A stretch of DNA of 63,129 nt from a candidate division WOR-3 bacterium (GTDB lineage Bacteria > Hydrothermota > Tepidihabitantia > SM23-42 > JAOAFX01). The stretch is taken from positions 1 to 63,129 of the forward strand of contig CBFGJP010000003.1 in the NCBI GenBank assembly GCA_965649105.1. Direction: 5' to 3'. Below, piece by piece: positions 1 to 11,960 of the stretch (positions within the stretch are counted from its first letter, which is position 1; every line of letters starts with the position of its first letter). Both the position numbers and the translations under genes were made by a program. The notes beneath the pieces were generated by a model. The model made no database searches, was not told where the DNA came from, and worked only from the letters and a program-made list of their open reading frames with translations.

Positions 1-291
1 TGGGAAGAGACGATAAAGAACGAAAAAGGAATACGGGGTGACTTTGAAAGGCTACCACCTGATAAATTCTTTGAAAATGATAAATTGACGCCATACGGCG
101 AGGTTGAGATAATGCGAAGATTTGACCGCCACTATAAGGGTATTGAAATATATATCGCGGCACCGAATGCCCTGAAAAGAATGGCGGAGTTAGTTAAATT
201 CCTTGAGGAGCAGAAACTTGATTATATGGCAATGTATTTCACTGCGGTTATTGATTCGATTGAGGCATTTGATTATAAGTATATGAAATGA
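1..291 (+). CDS. Hypothetical protein, 5'-truncated by the window edge
   Basis: Frame 1 is open from base 1 (WEETIKNEKG...) to TGA at 289-291, overlapping the next ATG (ATGA). No recognised motif. Confidence 0.6.
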   Translation, partial: WEETIKNEKGIRGDFERLPPDKFFENDKLTPYGEVEIMRRFDRHYKGIEIYIAAPNALKRMAELVKFLEEQKLDYMAMYFTAVIDSIEAFDYKYMK

Positions 292-656
292 TAAAAATTT
301 CGCATAAATGGATTTTTGCCGGGATACTGGCTATGATATTGGTAAACCCCGCCTTTGCCGGGAAAAAATCGGCGGGCAAGGCAATGCTATTATGCTTATT
401 ACCCGCGGGTGGGCAGTTTTACACTGAAAGGTATGTTCCAGGATTTTTTATTGGAGCCGGTGAGATAACCCTCGGCTATTTCGCATATAAAAATCACCGT
501 GAAAAAAACTACGCAGAAAGAAATTCTTTTTTATGGTGGGAATTATTTTTGTTTGGCTATTCACTTGCGGATGCCTATGTTGGTGCGAAGATGTATAAAT
601 TTGATGTGGAGTGTGATATTGACAGGGTCAGTCTCTTGTATAAAATAAAATTTTAG
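288..656 (+). CDS. Membrane/exported protein, DUF5683-like
   Basis: Signal-like N-terminus; KKSAGKAMLLCLLPAGGQFY and ADAYVGA segments resemble DUF5683 proteins. Confidence 0.55.
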   Translation: MIKISHKWIFAGILAMILVNPAFAGKKSAGKAMLLCLLPAGGQFYTERYVPGFFIGAGEITLGYFAYKNHREKNYAERNSFLWWELFLFGYSLADAYVGAKMYKFDVECDIDRVSLLYKIKF

Positions 657-922
657 TGCCGGGGTTTCTGTTTCACTTTTTCTACCGCCTTTAACAATTC
701 AACAAGCACCTGTGCCTGTAACTGGTCCTTGCTCAGATTAAACATCGTCATAATGTGTCCCATCTCGCTTGCTACATACATCGCCGGTAGATTATTTAAA
801 GTAAGGGTCATTATATCCTGGTAGCAATTTGGACACCGACAAAGATTAGGGTCCTGCTCATAAATTCTTTGCAATTCATCACGGACAATCTTTTCTATAT
901 AATTTTCAGATTTTATTTCCAT
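653..922 (-). CDS. comFB: ComFB-family protein (Zn-binding, putative cyclic di-nucleotide receptor)
   Basis: 89 aa; NYIE, CRCPNC, LNNLPAMY, terminal PRH; SD AGGAGG upstream. Confidence 0.8.
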   Translation of the reverse strand: MEIKSENYIEKIVRDELQRIYEQDPNLCRCPNCYQDIMTLTLNNLPAMYVASEMGHIMTMFNLSKDQLQAQVLVELLKAVEKVKQKPRH

Positions 923-1001
923 CAGACCTCCTTAATTAAATTTTGTAGGATCGCTGCACTTGCAGATTTGGTTTAACAAAACAACGATAAGTTGATGCAA
1001 T

Positions 1002-3105
<2,104 letters not shown>

Positions 3106-3133
3106 GGTTTTGATTTTAAAACAGAGAAACAAC

Positions 3134-3784
3134 TCAGATATCTGCCTCTTCCATTATCTTCTCACCTGAAGATGTGCCGATGCGGTTGGCACCGGCATTT
3201 ATAAAGGCGAGCGCTGTCTTATAATCCCTTATCCCGCCTGATGCCTTTACCCCGAAATTTGGTCCCACAACCTTCCTCAGCAATTTTACATCCTCAACCC
3301 TTGCCCCTTCTTTAGAAAATCCAGTTGATGTCTTGACAAAATGGGCACCGCGCTCCTTGATGATATTCGCTGAGGCGACCTTCTCATCCTCGGTCAAGAG
3401 GCAGGTCTCAATGATGACCTTTACAATCCTTCCCTGGGCTGTCTCCACAACCGCCTTTATCTCCTTTCCTACATACTTATAATCTTTTGATTTCAACCTG
3501 CCGATATTCATTACCATATCAATCTCATCACAGCCAAGTTTTATAAGTTCTTCAGTCGCATAAACCTTTGCCTTTGTCGTTGATGCACCAAGTGGAAAGC
3601 CGACTACACTACAGACCTTTATCTCTTCAGGTAATTCTTTTCTAATAAACTCAACCCAGGATGGATTAACAACTGCCGAAAAGAATTTATATTTTTTTAC
3701 ACCTGCTAAAAACGCCAAAATATCATTTTTTGTCGCATCGGGTTTTAAAATTGTCTGGTCAATGTACTTATTTATTTCTTTCAT
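3134..3784 (-). CDS. deoC: Deoxyribose-phosphate aldolase
   Basis: IDQTILKP, VVGFPLG, EIDMV, FVKTSTG, VKASGGIR; start re-called at ATG 3784 (MKEINKY). Confidence 0.96.
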   Translation of the reverse strand: MKEINKYIDQTILKPDATKNDILAFLAGVKKYKFFSAVVNPSWVEFIRKELPEEIKVCSVVGFPLGASTTKAKVYATEELIKLGCDEIDMVMNIGRLKSKDYKYVGKEIKAVVETAQGRIVKVIIETCLLTEDEKVASANIIKERGAHFVKTSTGFSKEGARVEDVKLLRKVVGPNFGVKASGGIRDYKTALAFINAGANRIGTSSGEKIMEEADI

Positions 3785-5504
3785 AATCTTCCTGCCTTTC
3801 ATTATATAATGCATCAAATCTTCTTTTAATGGTATAATAAATATAAATCGGCAATAACTCGGATTTCACCTTATTCTTTTTCACCAGCGCTCCTCCCTCT
3901 TTTATTTTTTTCACTCTAAATACATATATCCCTGACCTTGCTTCAAAAATTTTTCTTTCCCCTTTATTCGCCTCAAAAACAGGTTTGGAAAGAGGGTCCA
4001 TCCCATCCGGATATATTTCTTTCTTCAAATTCAATTTTTTTATCTTCTTCACCGAATCCCTCACCGCAGTGCTATCCTTATTCCACTTCACAAATGCATA
4101 TTCAATTATCCGGTGGGGAGGTTCATACAGTCTATCAGAGATATTCAAAATCGTCCTGTTCAAATATTCAAATCCTGCAACATCTGATTTTATTTGTTCC
4201 AGAAAACTACCCTGGTCTAAACCCATTGTTGATAAATCTCTATCGGGATTTAATGATAATGAAAATAGAAATCTTGCAAATTCAAGTTCCTCACCATATC
4301 TTATATATTCCATCCCTTTTTCAATCCACTCCGGTTTTGCCAATTCTTTAAAGAATCCATTTGTATCCTGATTTTGAACTGGCAACTGGGTTAAATCCTC
4401 TAAAATCATCGTGCTATCTAATAGCATACCCAAATCAGCCATTGTATCAAGCGAGGCAAAATCAAAAAATGATACTCCTTTCCCTTTTTCCTGACGTACA
4501 TAATTGATTTCAGTATTTGCCTGCAATTCCATACCCTTCCACAGAAATCCTATCCCCATTATTGTAGAAGGAAAATTATAAAGAGAGAAGTCCAGAAAAT
4601 CCTTAAAAATCTTTGTATCCGTGGTATAGGACATTACCACGGGATAATCGATCAAATCCTGCCATTCCCACCAGTTCTGGGCATACTGGTATGATGCCCT
4701 TGAAGGGCTGGGAAAAACCGCACAGGATATGATACAATCCTTATCAATATCCTTTAGCACCGACCTGACCTGCTCTAAAAAATTATAGATTGTCCTCTGC
4801 CTTTTTTTGTTCTCAGGATAAAAATTATATACAACCCAGCGATTAAAATATTCTAGTCTTGGATATCTAAAAAGTGTGAGCCAGCGCATATCACGATTGC
4901 CCAGCCCGGAAACCAGACCTGCGACAAGCGTATCTTTTATGCCCCAGAAAATACCCGGGAATCTAATAAAATCAAAATGTATCCCATCTATTTTATATTT
5001 TTTTAAAATCTCTTCACAGATTTTTTTTAGAAAATCCTTTACCTCCGCAAGATAGGGATTTATGAATGTCCCTTCCAGCCCGAAATCCTTCTGTTCTTCT
5101 GGTGTATAATCAATCATACTTCTGCCCTTTATATCCCTCAACAACCATTCCGGATGTGTATAATAGATATGCCTTGTGGAATCCGGGAAACTGTCCAGAG
5201 ACCATATCAAAAATGTATTTATCCAGGCATGGACTTTTACATTCTTCTTTTTTGCATATTTGATTATGGAATCAAACGGTTCATAATCGGGCGGTGAATT
5301 TTTGGAAAGATATTGGCTCCTCGGTAATATCTCGGAACGGTAGTATGCAGAACCACTTATCACAACCTGGACATAAAGGTCGGTTATATCCATTCGTTCT
5401 GCAAGGTCCATAATCCTAGGAATGGAATCGGGCACCGCAATTGATAATGCCCTGACCCAGAGGCCTTTTTGAAAACTCAAAAGAAAAGTAAATAATAGTA
5501 GCAT
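3768..5504 (-). CDS. GHL10/DUF187-type glycoside hydrolase-like protein with unknown C-terminal region
   Basis: GLWV, LYVQV, KVHAWIN, IDGIHFDFIRFP, VVMSY motifs. Confidence 0.8.
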   Translation of the reverse strand: MLLLFTFLLSFQKGLWVRALSIAVPDSIPRIMDLAERMDITDLYVQVVISGSAYYRSEILPRSQYLSKNSPPDYEPFDSIIKYAKKKNVKVHAWINTFLIWSLDSFPDSTRHIYYTHPEWLLRDIKGRSMIDYTPEEQKDFGLEGTFINPYLAEVKDFLKKICEEILKKYKIDGIHFDFIRFPGIFWGIKDTLVAGLVSGLGNRDMRWLTLFRYPRLEYFNRWVVYNFYPENKKRQRTIYNFLEQVRSVLKDIDKDCIISCAVFPSPSRASYQYAQNWWEWQDLIDYPVVMSYTTDTKIFKDFLDFSLYNFPSTIMGIGFLWKGMELQANTEINYVRQEKGKGVSFFDFASLDTMADLGMLLDSTMILEDLTQLPVQNQDTNGFFKELAKPEWIEKGMEYIRYGEELEFARFLFSLSLNPDRDLSTMGLDQGSFLEQIKSDVAGFEYLNRTILNISDRLYEPPHRIIEYAFVKWNKDSTAVRDSVKKIKKLNLKKEIYPDGMDPLSKPVFEANKGERKIFEARSGIYVFRVKKIKEGGALVKKNKVKSELLPIYIYYTIKRRFDALYNERQEDYERNK

Positions 5505-5507
5505 CTG

Positions 5508-7139
5508 CTATCTGCCAAATCTCCGGGCTAAATCATCAAGGCTGATCTTTATCACCACCGGTCTTCCATGGGGACAGATAAATGGATTCTCGCAGGCGAA
5601 TAAACGGTCAATGAGATTCTGCATTTCGGCAACCGATAGTTTCTGCCCTGCCTTTATCGCCATCCTGCAGGCAACGACCTTTGCGAGTTCGCTTTGCTGA
5701 TTCATCAACTTACCCAGACTCCCAATCTCGCTGAAAAATCCCTGGAGGTCCTCCCTGGTAACCTTTGTATCCGAAGGGAGGGTATCAATGACCAGGGTCC
5801 GACCGGAAAATTCCTTGAATTCAATGCCGAGTCCTTTTAAATTATCCTTTGTCATTTGGTATATACGATATTCCTCTGGATTGAGCTCTATTGTTATGGG
5901 AAACAATAGATGTTGGGACGGACCACGATTATTCATAATGGATTCGTAAAGTATCCTTTCGTGTGCTACGTGCTGGTCAATGATTATGAGCCCGGTGCTC
6001 GTCTGGGCAAAGATATATGTGTTATGCAACTGCCAGAACTCACCACCCTCACCTGCCGGTGATTTTGTCTTTTCTGAAACCTCAGAATAAGGGATAAATG
6101 CCTCCTGGACAAATCTGGCATCTGCTGCTGGAGAAAAGATTTTCTCTTCAGTGTATTCCTTTTCTGATGTCCTATGAAAGAGTTTCTCCTTTATTCCCTG
6201 CGTCAAGAGATCTATCACATACCTTTCTTCTTTTATCTTCACCTCATTCTTTGTGGGATGGATATTGACATCGAGCATCTGGGGTGGAAGATTTATATTC
6301 AATATATAAATGGGTGGTTCCTTCGGATTCTGATATATTTCAGAGAGCACCCTGGTAATGCGTGGATACCTTACCGGTCTTGAGTTCACATAAAGCATAT
6401 TTAAATTAAACCTTTCACCGATATTAAAGGGTGATATAAAGCCATAAAAATTTATCTCTCCTACATCCAGTTCAAATAATAGCAACCTCTCAACCAAGCG
6501 GAGAGGATAGATTTGATATAACCGGGATTTTAAATCCTTTGTTTGCGGCAGATTCAAGATATTTCTACTTTCCTCATTTAAAACGAAATGAACCCCGGGA
6601 GCAATGATAGCATATGTCTTTACCAGGTCTATTATGAGACGGCGCTCATATTCATCTGATTTTAAAAACTTCCTTCGTGCAGGGAGGTTGTAAAAGAGTT
6701 CTGATACCTTCACCCTTGTACCCCTTTCCCGATAGGTATCAATGACCTGTTTTACCTTTCCTTCTTCAACTATTATCTTTGTTCCTTCCGTCCCATCAAA
6801 GGTCTCAAGTTCAAAATGGGATACTTGGGCAATGCTCGCCAGCGCTTCACCTCGAAATCCGAAGGTGTTTATCTTCTCAATATCCTCAATATGTTCAATC
6901 TTACTCGTTGCATACCTTTCTATTGATAAAAGTGCATCTGCACGAGACATCCCGGTCCCGTCATCATTGACAAGACATTTTGATTTGCCCCCTGATTCAA
7001 TCTCAATCTCGATCCTCTTTGCATCCGCATCAAGGGCATTCTCAATTAGTTCCTTTATCACTGAGGCGGGTCTGATTATGACCTCACCCGCGGCAATTTT
7101 TGAACGAACATCCTCTGAAAGCAATTTTATCTTCGGCAC
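5508..7139 (-). CDS. mutL: DNA mismatch repair protein MutL
   Basis: IAAGEVI, KELIENALDA, GFRGEALASI, DQHVAHER, ACR, CPHGRP; start re-called at GTG 7139. Confidence 0.97.
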   Translation of the reverse strand: MPKIKLLSEDVRSKIAAGEVIIRPASVIKELIENALDADAKRIEIEIESGGKSKCLVNDDGTGMSRADALLSIERYATSKIEHIEDIEKINTFGFRGEALASIAQVSHFELETFDGTEGTKIIVEEGKVKQVIDTYRERGTRVKVSELFYNLPARRKFLKSDEYERRLIIDLVKTYAIIAPGVHFVLNEESRNILNLPQTKDLKSRLYQIYPLRLVERLLLFELDVGEINFYGFISPFNIGERFNLNMLYVNSRPVRYPRITRVLSEIYQNPKEPPIYILNINLPPQMLDVNIHPTKNEVKIKEERYVIDLLTQGIKEKLFHRTSEKEYTEEKIFSPAADARFVQEAFIPYSEVSEKTKSPAGEGGEFWQLHNTYIFAQTSTGLIIIDQHVAHERILYESIMNNRGPSQHLLFPITIELNPEEYRIYQMTKDNLKGLGIEFKEFSGRTLVIDTLPSDTKVTREDLQGFFSEIGSLGKLMNQQSELAKVVACRMAIKAGQKLSVAEMQNLIDRLFACENPFICPHGRPVVIKISLDDLARRFGR

Positions 7140-7144
7140 AACAT

Positions 7145-7172
7145 ATTTTATAAAGACAGAAATGAAAGTCAA
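7145..7172 (-). promoter_or_regulatory. Sigma70-like promoter, leaderless mutL
   Basis: TTGACT-N16-TAAAAT-N5-GTG. Confidence 0.7.
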
Positions 7173-7224
7173 GAATCATAAGGAAATTTGTCTCACCTTT
7201 TATTTTAAACCCTATAGGGTTATC

Positions 7225-7252
7225 TTGACTTTATTCTTAAAATTGGTATAAT
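7225..7252 (+). promoter_or_regulatory. Sigma70-like promoter of sucCD
   Basis: TTGACT-N16-TATAAT, then SD AGGAGG before TTG 7277. Confidence 0.85.
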
Positions 7253-7276
7253 AATCCGCCCAATTAAGGAGGTAAT

Positions 7277-8407
7277 TTGAAAATCCATGAATATCAAGCA
7301 AAGGATTTTTTCAAAAAATATGGCATTCCCGTGCCAAAAGAAAAGGTCTGTTTTAATATTAATGAAGTAATTCAGGCTTCAAAAGAAATAGGACTTCCCT
7401 GTGTTATAAAGGCACAGGTAATGGTCGGCGGCAGAGGTAAGGCAGGTGGAATAAAGGTGGCAAAGACCGAAGAAGAGGTTAAGACCTATGGTACCCAGAT
7501 ACTCGATATGAAAATCAAAGGCATACCGGTAAAAAAAGTGCTGGTATCCGAGGCGATAGGTATTGCCTCCGAAGCCTATCTCGGGATTATCATTGACCGC
7601 AATGAAAAAAAGACCGTGTTAATGGCCTGTAAAGAAGGCGGTGTCGAGATTGAAGAGGTTGCAAAGCAGAAACCAGAAGCAATATATAAAGTTTATGCCG
7701 ACCCCTTGCTCGGCCTGCTTGAACACAAGGCAAGGGAGATCGGTTTATTTTTATATGGCAGTTCCAAGACCGCATTTGAGTGTGCCTCAATTGCTGACAA
7801 ACTATATAGGCTCTTTATTGAAAACGATGCATCACTTGCTGAGATAAATCCCCTTGTGGTGGATAAAGACGGAAATCTCATCGCCCTTGATGCCAAGATA
7901 AATTTTGATGATAATGGTCTTTATCGCCATCCCGAGATTGAGGCGATAAGGGACCGGGAAAGCGAAGACGAAAACGAATTGCTTGCCCGGGAAAGGGATT
8001 TATCTTATGTTAAATTAAATGGTAATATCGGTTGTGTGGTAAATGGTGCAGGGCTTGCTATGGCAACGATGGATTTGGTCAAACACTTTGGCGGCGAGCC
8101 TGCAAACTTTCTTGATATTGGCGGGTCTTCTTCTCCGGAAAAAGTAAAAAATGCACTGGAGATCCTTTTGCGCGACAAAAATGTGAAGGTGATATTCTTC
8201 AATATCTTCGGTGGTATCACGCGTTGTGACGATGTAGCATTGGGAATCCTTGAGGCAAAGAAATCTTTGAATATTAAACAGCCAATCGTTGCGCGTCTCA
8301 TTGGCACAAATGAAGATAAGGCAATGGAGATTCTCAAAGAAGCCGGTTTGATATTCGCCAAGACGATGGATGAAGGTGCAAAAAAGGCAATTGAATTATT
8401 GAAATAA
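7277..8407 (+). CDS. sucC: Succinyl-CoA synthetase beta subunit
   Basis: [45 protein letters not shown]. Confidence 0.98.
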   Translation: MKIHEYQAKDFFKKYGIPVPKEKVCFNINEVIQASKEIGLPCVIKAQVMVGGRGKAGGIKVAKTEEEVKTYGTQILDMKIKGIPVKKVLVSEAIGIASEAYLGIIIDRNEKKTVLMACKEGGVEIEEVAKQKPEAIYKVYADPLLGLLEHKAREIGLFLYGSSKTAFECASIADKLYRLFIENDASLAEINPLVVDKDGNLIALDAKINFDDNGLYRHPEIEAIRDRESEDENELLARERDLSYVKLNGNIGCVVNGAGLAMATMDLVKHFGGEPANFLDIGGSSSPEKVKNALEILLRDKNVKVIFFNIFGGITRCDDVALGILEAKKSLNIKQPIVARLIGTNEDKAMEILKEAGLIFAKTMDEGAKKAIELLK

Positions 8408-8417
8408 AGGAGATTCA

Positions 8418-9287
8418 ATGAGTATTTTGGTAAATAAAAATACAAGATTGGTTGTTCAGGGTATCACCGGCCGTGATGGTAGTTTTCATACACGCCAGAT
8501 GTTAAACTATGGAACAAATATTGTTGCTGGTGTAACACCGGGTAAGGGTGGAACAGTGGTTGAAGATGTACCGGTATTCAATTCGGTTGCTGAGGCCGTA
8601 AAAAAGACCGGGGCGAATACATCTGTGATATTTGTGCCGGCAAAATTTGCACCCGGGGCGATGTATGAGGCAATTGATGCGGGTATAGAATTGGTCGTAT
8701 GCATCTCTGAAGGCATTCCTACCATTGAAATGGTAAAAATTATGGCATATTTAAAAGATAAAAAGTGCCGGCTCATCGGACCGAACTCACCGGGGCTTGT
8801 TTCCGCGGGTGAGGCAAAGGTAGGCATTTTACCCGGGCATATATTCAAAAAAGGCAAGATCGGCGTGATTTCGCGTAGCGGAACCCTTACCTATGAAATC
8901 GTTGACCATATTACAAAGACCGGACTTGGAGAATCAACCTGTATCGGGATTGGTGGCGACCCGATAATTGGAACAAAGTTCATTGACTGTCTTGAATTAT
9001 TTGCCAAAGACCCTGAGACCGAGGCAGTCGTGATTGTTGGTGAGATTGGTGGCAGGGATGAACAGGATACTGCAGAATATATCAAAAAATATTTTAAAAA
9101 GCCGGTCTTCGGTTTTATCGCAGGTAAGACCGCTCCACCGGATAAGCGGATGGGTCATGCAGGTGCCATAATCTCCGGAACCGCCGGCACTGCTGCAGAA
9201 AAAATAAAGGCACTTGAGTCGGCAGGTGTAAAGGTGGGTGAGACACCGGCACAGGTAGCAGAATTGATAAAATCAACTATTAGATAA
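8418..9287 (+). CDS. sucD: Succinyl-CoA synthetase alpha subunit
   Basis: [36 protein letters not shown] (phospho-His). Confidence 0.98.
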   Translation: MSILVNKNTRLVVQGITGRDGSFHTRQMLNYGTNIVAGVTPGKGGTVVEDVPVFNSVAEAVKKTGANTSVIFVPAKFAPGAMYEAIDAGIELVVCISEGIPTIEMVKIMAYLKDKKCRLIGPNSPGLVSAGEAKVGILPGHIFKKGKIGVISRSGTLTYEIVDHITKTGLGESTCIGIGGDPIIGTKFIDCLELFAKDPETEAVVIVGEIGGRDEQDTAEYIKKYFKKPVFGFIAGKTAPPDKRMGHAGAIISGTAGTAAEKIKALESAGVKVGETPAQVAELIKSTIR

Positions 9288-9296
9288 GGAGCATAT

Positions 9297-9875
9297 ATGG
9301 GAAAGTCGTTGAAAGGAACAAAAACGGAAAAAAACTTATTGATTGCCTTTGCTGGTGAAAGCCAGGCACGGAATCGTTATACATATTTTGCTTCTACTGC
9401 AAAAAAAGAAGGATTTGAACAAATCTCCGGCATATTTCTTGAGACCGCAGATAATGAAAAAGAACACGCCAAGGTATTTTTCAAGTATCTTGAAGGTGGC
9501 GATGTTGAAATCACAGCAGGATTTCCTGCCGGAATGATAAAGGATACCCTGACAAATCTCCAGGCCGCGGCAGATGGTGAAAGATTTGAATGGTCAAAAT
9601 TATATTCTGACTTTGCAAAGATTGCTGATGAAGAAGGATTCCCGGAGATTGCTAAATCATTCAGGGAGATTGCCGAGATTGAACAATTCCATGAATCCCG
9701 GTACAGAAAACTGATTGAGAATGTAAAGAATAAAACGGTATTTAAAAAGGACAAAGTTGTTAAGTGGCATTGTAGGAATTGCGGATATATCTATGAAGGA
9801 ACCGAGGCACCAAAGGAATGCCCGGCATGCAGACATCCACAGTCTTACTACGAAGTTTTAGCGGAAAATTATTGA
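9297..9875 (+). CDS. rbr: Rubrerythrin
   Basis: AFAGESQARNRY, EKEH, EQFH di-iron motifs; C-terminal CRNC...CPAC. Confidence 0.96.
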   Translation: MGKSLKGTKTEKNLLIAFAGESQARNRYTYFASTAKKEGFEQISGIFLETADNEKEHAKVFFKYLEGGDVEITAGFPAGMIKDTLTNLQAAADGERFEWSKLYSDFAKIADEEGFPEIAKSFREIAEIEQFHESRYRKLIENVKNKTVFKKDKVVKWHCRNCGYIYEGTEAPKECPACRHPQSYYEVLAENY

Positions 9876-9922
9876 AGGAAGTAGTCAGTAAAATTAAATA
9901 AAAAAGACCCGGTTTCTGCATT

Positions 9923-10948
9923 TCAGGCGTCTGTAAACGCACTGGCGAGCTGACCGCAACCGGCGAAGATTTCTTTTCCCTTTGACTTACGCAGGGTGAC
10001 GGGGTGGTCTGAATCAAATAATATCTCCTGGAATTTTGTAACTGTATCCGGAGAAGGTGTCTCAAAGAAGAGTTCCGGATAAGGATTATAAGGAATCAAG
10101 TTTATCTTTGAAGGAATGCCCTTTAATAGTTTTAAAAGTTGGTGCGCATCTTTTTGAGAATCATTCAAATTTTTAATCAATACATATTCAAATGTAACGA
10201 GCTCCTTTTTTGCAGAATATAATCTTGCCAGTTTCAAAATTTCTTTTAAAGGGTTCTTTTTTGCCACGGGCATATAATTTTCACGCATTGATTGGTCGGC
10301 AAAATTCAAGGAAATTGCGAGTTTGACCTTCCATTTTGAATTTAAAAGTTTATCAATACCTTCAATTATTCCGGCGGTTGAGATTGTAATATGGCGCTGG
10401 CTTATACCGAGTCCGATTGATGATGTGATAATTTCAAGTGCGGTAAAAACATTGGCTATATTCAAGAGCGGCTCTCCCATTCCCATAAAAACGATATTGG
10501 TCAATTTATCTTTGATTGATTTCTGAACAAGTTGAATTTGTGAGGCAATTTCAAATCCTTTAAGATTTCTCTTTAAACCCAATAAGCCCGTTGCACAAAA
10601 AAGGCATCCTAATGGACAACCAACCTGGGTTGATATACAGACGGTTCTCCTCGGTGGTTCGGGAATAAAAACTGATTCAATTAAATTTTTATCACTCAAT
10701 TCCCATAAATACTTTTCTGCACCATCAGATGCCTTTAAATTTTTTACAAGTTTTATATCTTCAATAGTGAAATTTTTGGCTAATAATCTTCTCAAATCAA
10801 GCGAAAGGTTTGTCATCTCATTGAAATAGTTGACCCCCTTCTGCCATAACCATTGAAAAATCTGGCGTCCACGATATGACTCAAGATTCATATCTTTACA
10901 TATACTCTCAAGTTCCTGAAGCGAATACTCCTTTATATTGTGTAGCAT
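9923..10948 (-). CDS. rlmN: 23S rRNA/tRNA m2A methyltransferase
   Basis: CISTQVGCPLGCLFC radical SAM motif, MGMGEP, terminal AGCGQL. Confidence 0.96.
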   Translation of the reverse strand: MLHNIKEYSLQELESICKDMNLESYRGRQIFQWLWQKGVNYFNEMTNLSLDLRRLLAKNFTIEDIKLVKNLKASDGAEKYLWELSDKNLIESVFIPEPPRRTVCISTQVGCPLGCLFCATGLLGLKRNLKGFEIASQIQLVQKSIKDKLTNIVFMGMGEPLLNIANVFTALEIITSSIGLGISQRHITISTAGIIEGIDKLLNSKWKVKLAISLNFADQSMRENYMPVAKKNPLKEILKLARLYSAKKELVTFEYVLIKNLNDSQKDAHQLLKLLKGIPSKINLIPYNPYPELFFETPSPDTVTKFQEILFDSDHPVTLRKSKGKEIFAGCGQLASAFTDA

Positions 10949-10974
10949 AAAATCCTGTGAAAAATTCTTGTTGT

Positions 10975-11673
10975 CTAAATTATTCTACCTATGCGATTGA
11001 GCCTTATTGCCTTCCATCTCCAGAATTGTAATATATCCAGAAGGCTTGATGCCTCACGACCCGGATTAAAAGAGAAATAAATAAACAGTGGTTTGCCCTT
11101 CAAATATTTTTTGTGTAATGGTCCCCAGAACCGGGAGTCCATTGAATTATCCCGGTTATCACCCATCGCAAAGACGCAATCCTTTGGCACAACAACCGGA
11201 CCGAAGTTATCCCTGATATAAATCCCATAGAGGTCGGCAAACCTTGCATTCTCCCAGTTTTTTTGATAATTTGGACCATCGCTGGTGTAGCCAGGAAGGA
11301 TGCGGGGATCACGATGAATTTTATATGGTTCATCAACAGGTTTGTCATTTACATAAAGAACTTTATTGACAATTTTTACTGTATCCCCTTCTACTGCCAC
11401 ACATCTTTTCACGAAATCACGATTCTCAAATGGATATTTGAAAACTATTATCTCACCCCGGTTAGGCATCCTGCCCGGGATCATCTGGAATTGGGTATAT
11501 GGAAATTTTATGCCGTAGATAAAACGGTTAACAAGTAGTGCATCTCCAATAAGGAGGGTCTTTTCCATTGAGCCCGTGGGTATGACATACGCTTCAACAA
11601 AGACTGCCCGAAGAATCAATACCACGAGTATCACAATTATCCAAGAATAGACCTCTCTTTTGAATTTTTCCAT
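10975..11673 (-). CDS. lepB: Signal peptidase I
   Basis: N-terminal TM, GSMEKTL (Ser), FVKR (Lys), GDNRDNSMDSR. Confidence 0.97.
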   Translation of the reverse strand: MEKFKREVYSWIIVILVVLILRAVFVEAYVIPTGSMEKTLLIGDALLVNRFIYGIKFPYTQFQMIPGRMPNRGEIIVFKYPFENRDFVKRCVAVEGDTVKIVNKVLYVNDKPVDEPYKIHRDPRILPGYTSDGPNYQKNWENARFADLYGIYIRDNFGPVVVPKDCVFAMGDNRDNSMDSRFWGPLHKKYLKGKPLFIYFSFNPGREASSLLDILQFWRWKAIRLNRIGRII

Positions 11674-11679
11674 AATGTA

Positions 11680-11707
11680 ATTATATGCATAAGAGGATGA
11701 AAGTCAA
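11680..11707 (-). promoter_or_regulatory. Sigma70-like promoter, leaderless lepB
   Basis: TTGACT-N16-TATAAT-N6-ATG. Confidence 0.85.
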
Positions 11708-11893
11708 GGATGTACAGAGTATAGAAATCCATTATATGTTATACGTTTTTGCCGCCCGTATCGTTAAACGCCCTTGTTTATCGGCTAAATTTAAAACCAA
11801 ATCATGATTCAAAATCTACTAGTTAGTTATGGATGTTTCTGACATCCCTTTTACTTGAAAATGGAACAAATTCAGAAATTCTTATTTTAGCAC

Positions 11894-11921
11894 TTGACTT
11901 CTTTATTATAATTATTATTAT
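11894..11921 (+). promoter_or_regulatory. Sigma70-like promoter of the S8 peptidase
   Basis: TTGACT-N16-TATTAT within a TAT microsatellite. Confidence 0.6.
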
Positions 11922-11960
11922 TATAATAAAATAGGGAGTTAATCCTTGAAAGGAGGTTAT

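Noticed and set aside
7140-7172. ORF-track upstream starts for mutL (7172), the reductase (24182), fmdB (34661), rplI (20873) and the S8 peptidase (11946)
   Set aside because: They fall inside promoter boxes, a terminator or the upstream gene, or lie before the SD; downstream starts match family N-termini.
9905-9932. Possible terminator between rbr and rlmN
   Set aside because: The stem is short and bulged and overlaps the rlmN stop; too weak to call.
11887-11894. CIRCE half-site TTAGCACT (and GTGCTAA at 42635-42641 before grpE)
   Set aside because: Neither has the partner half-site at 9-bp spacing.
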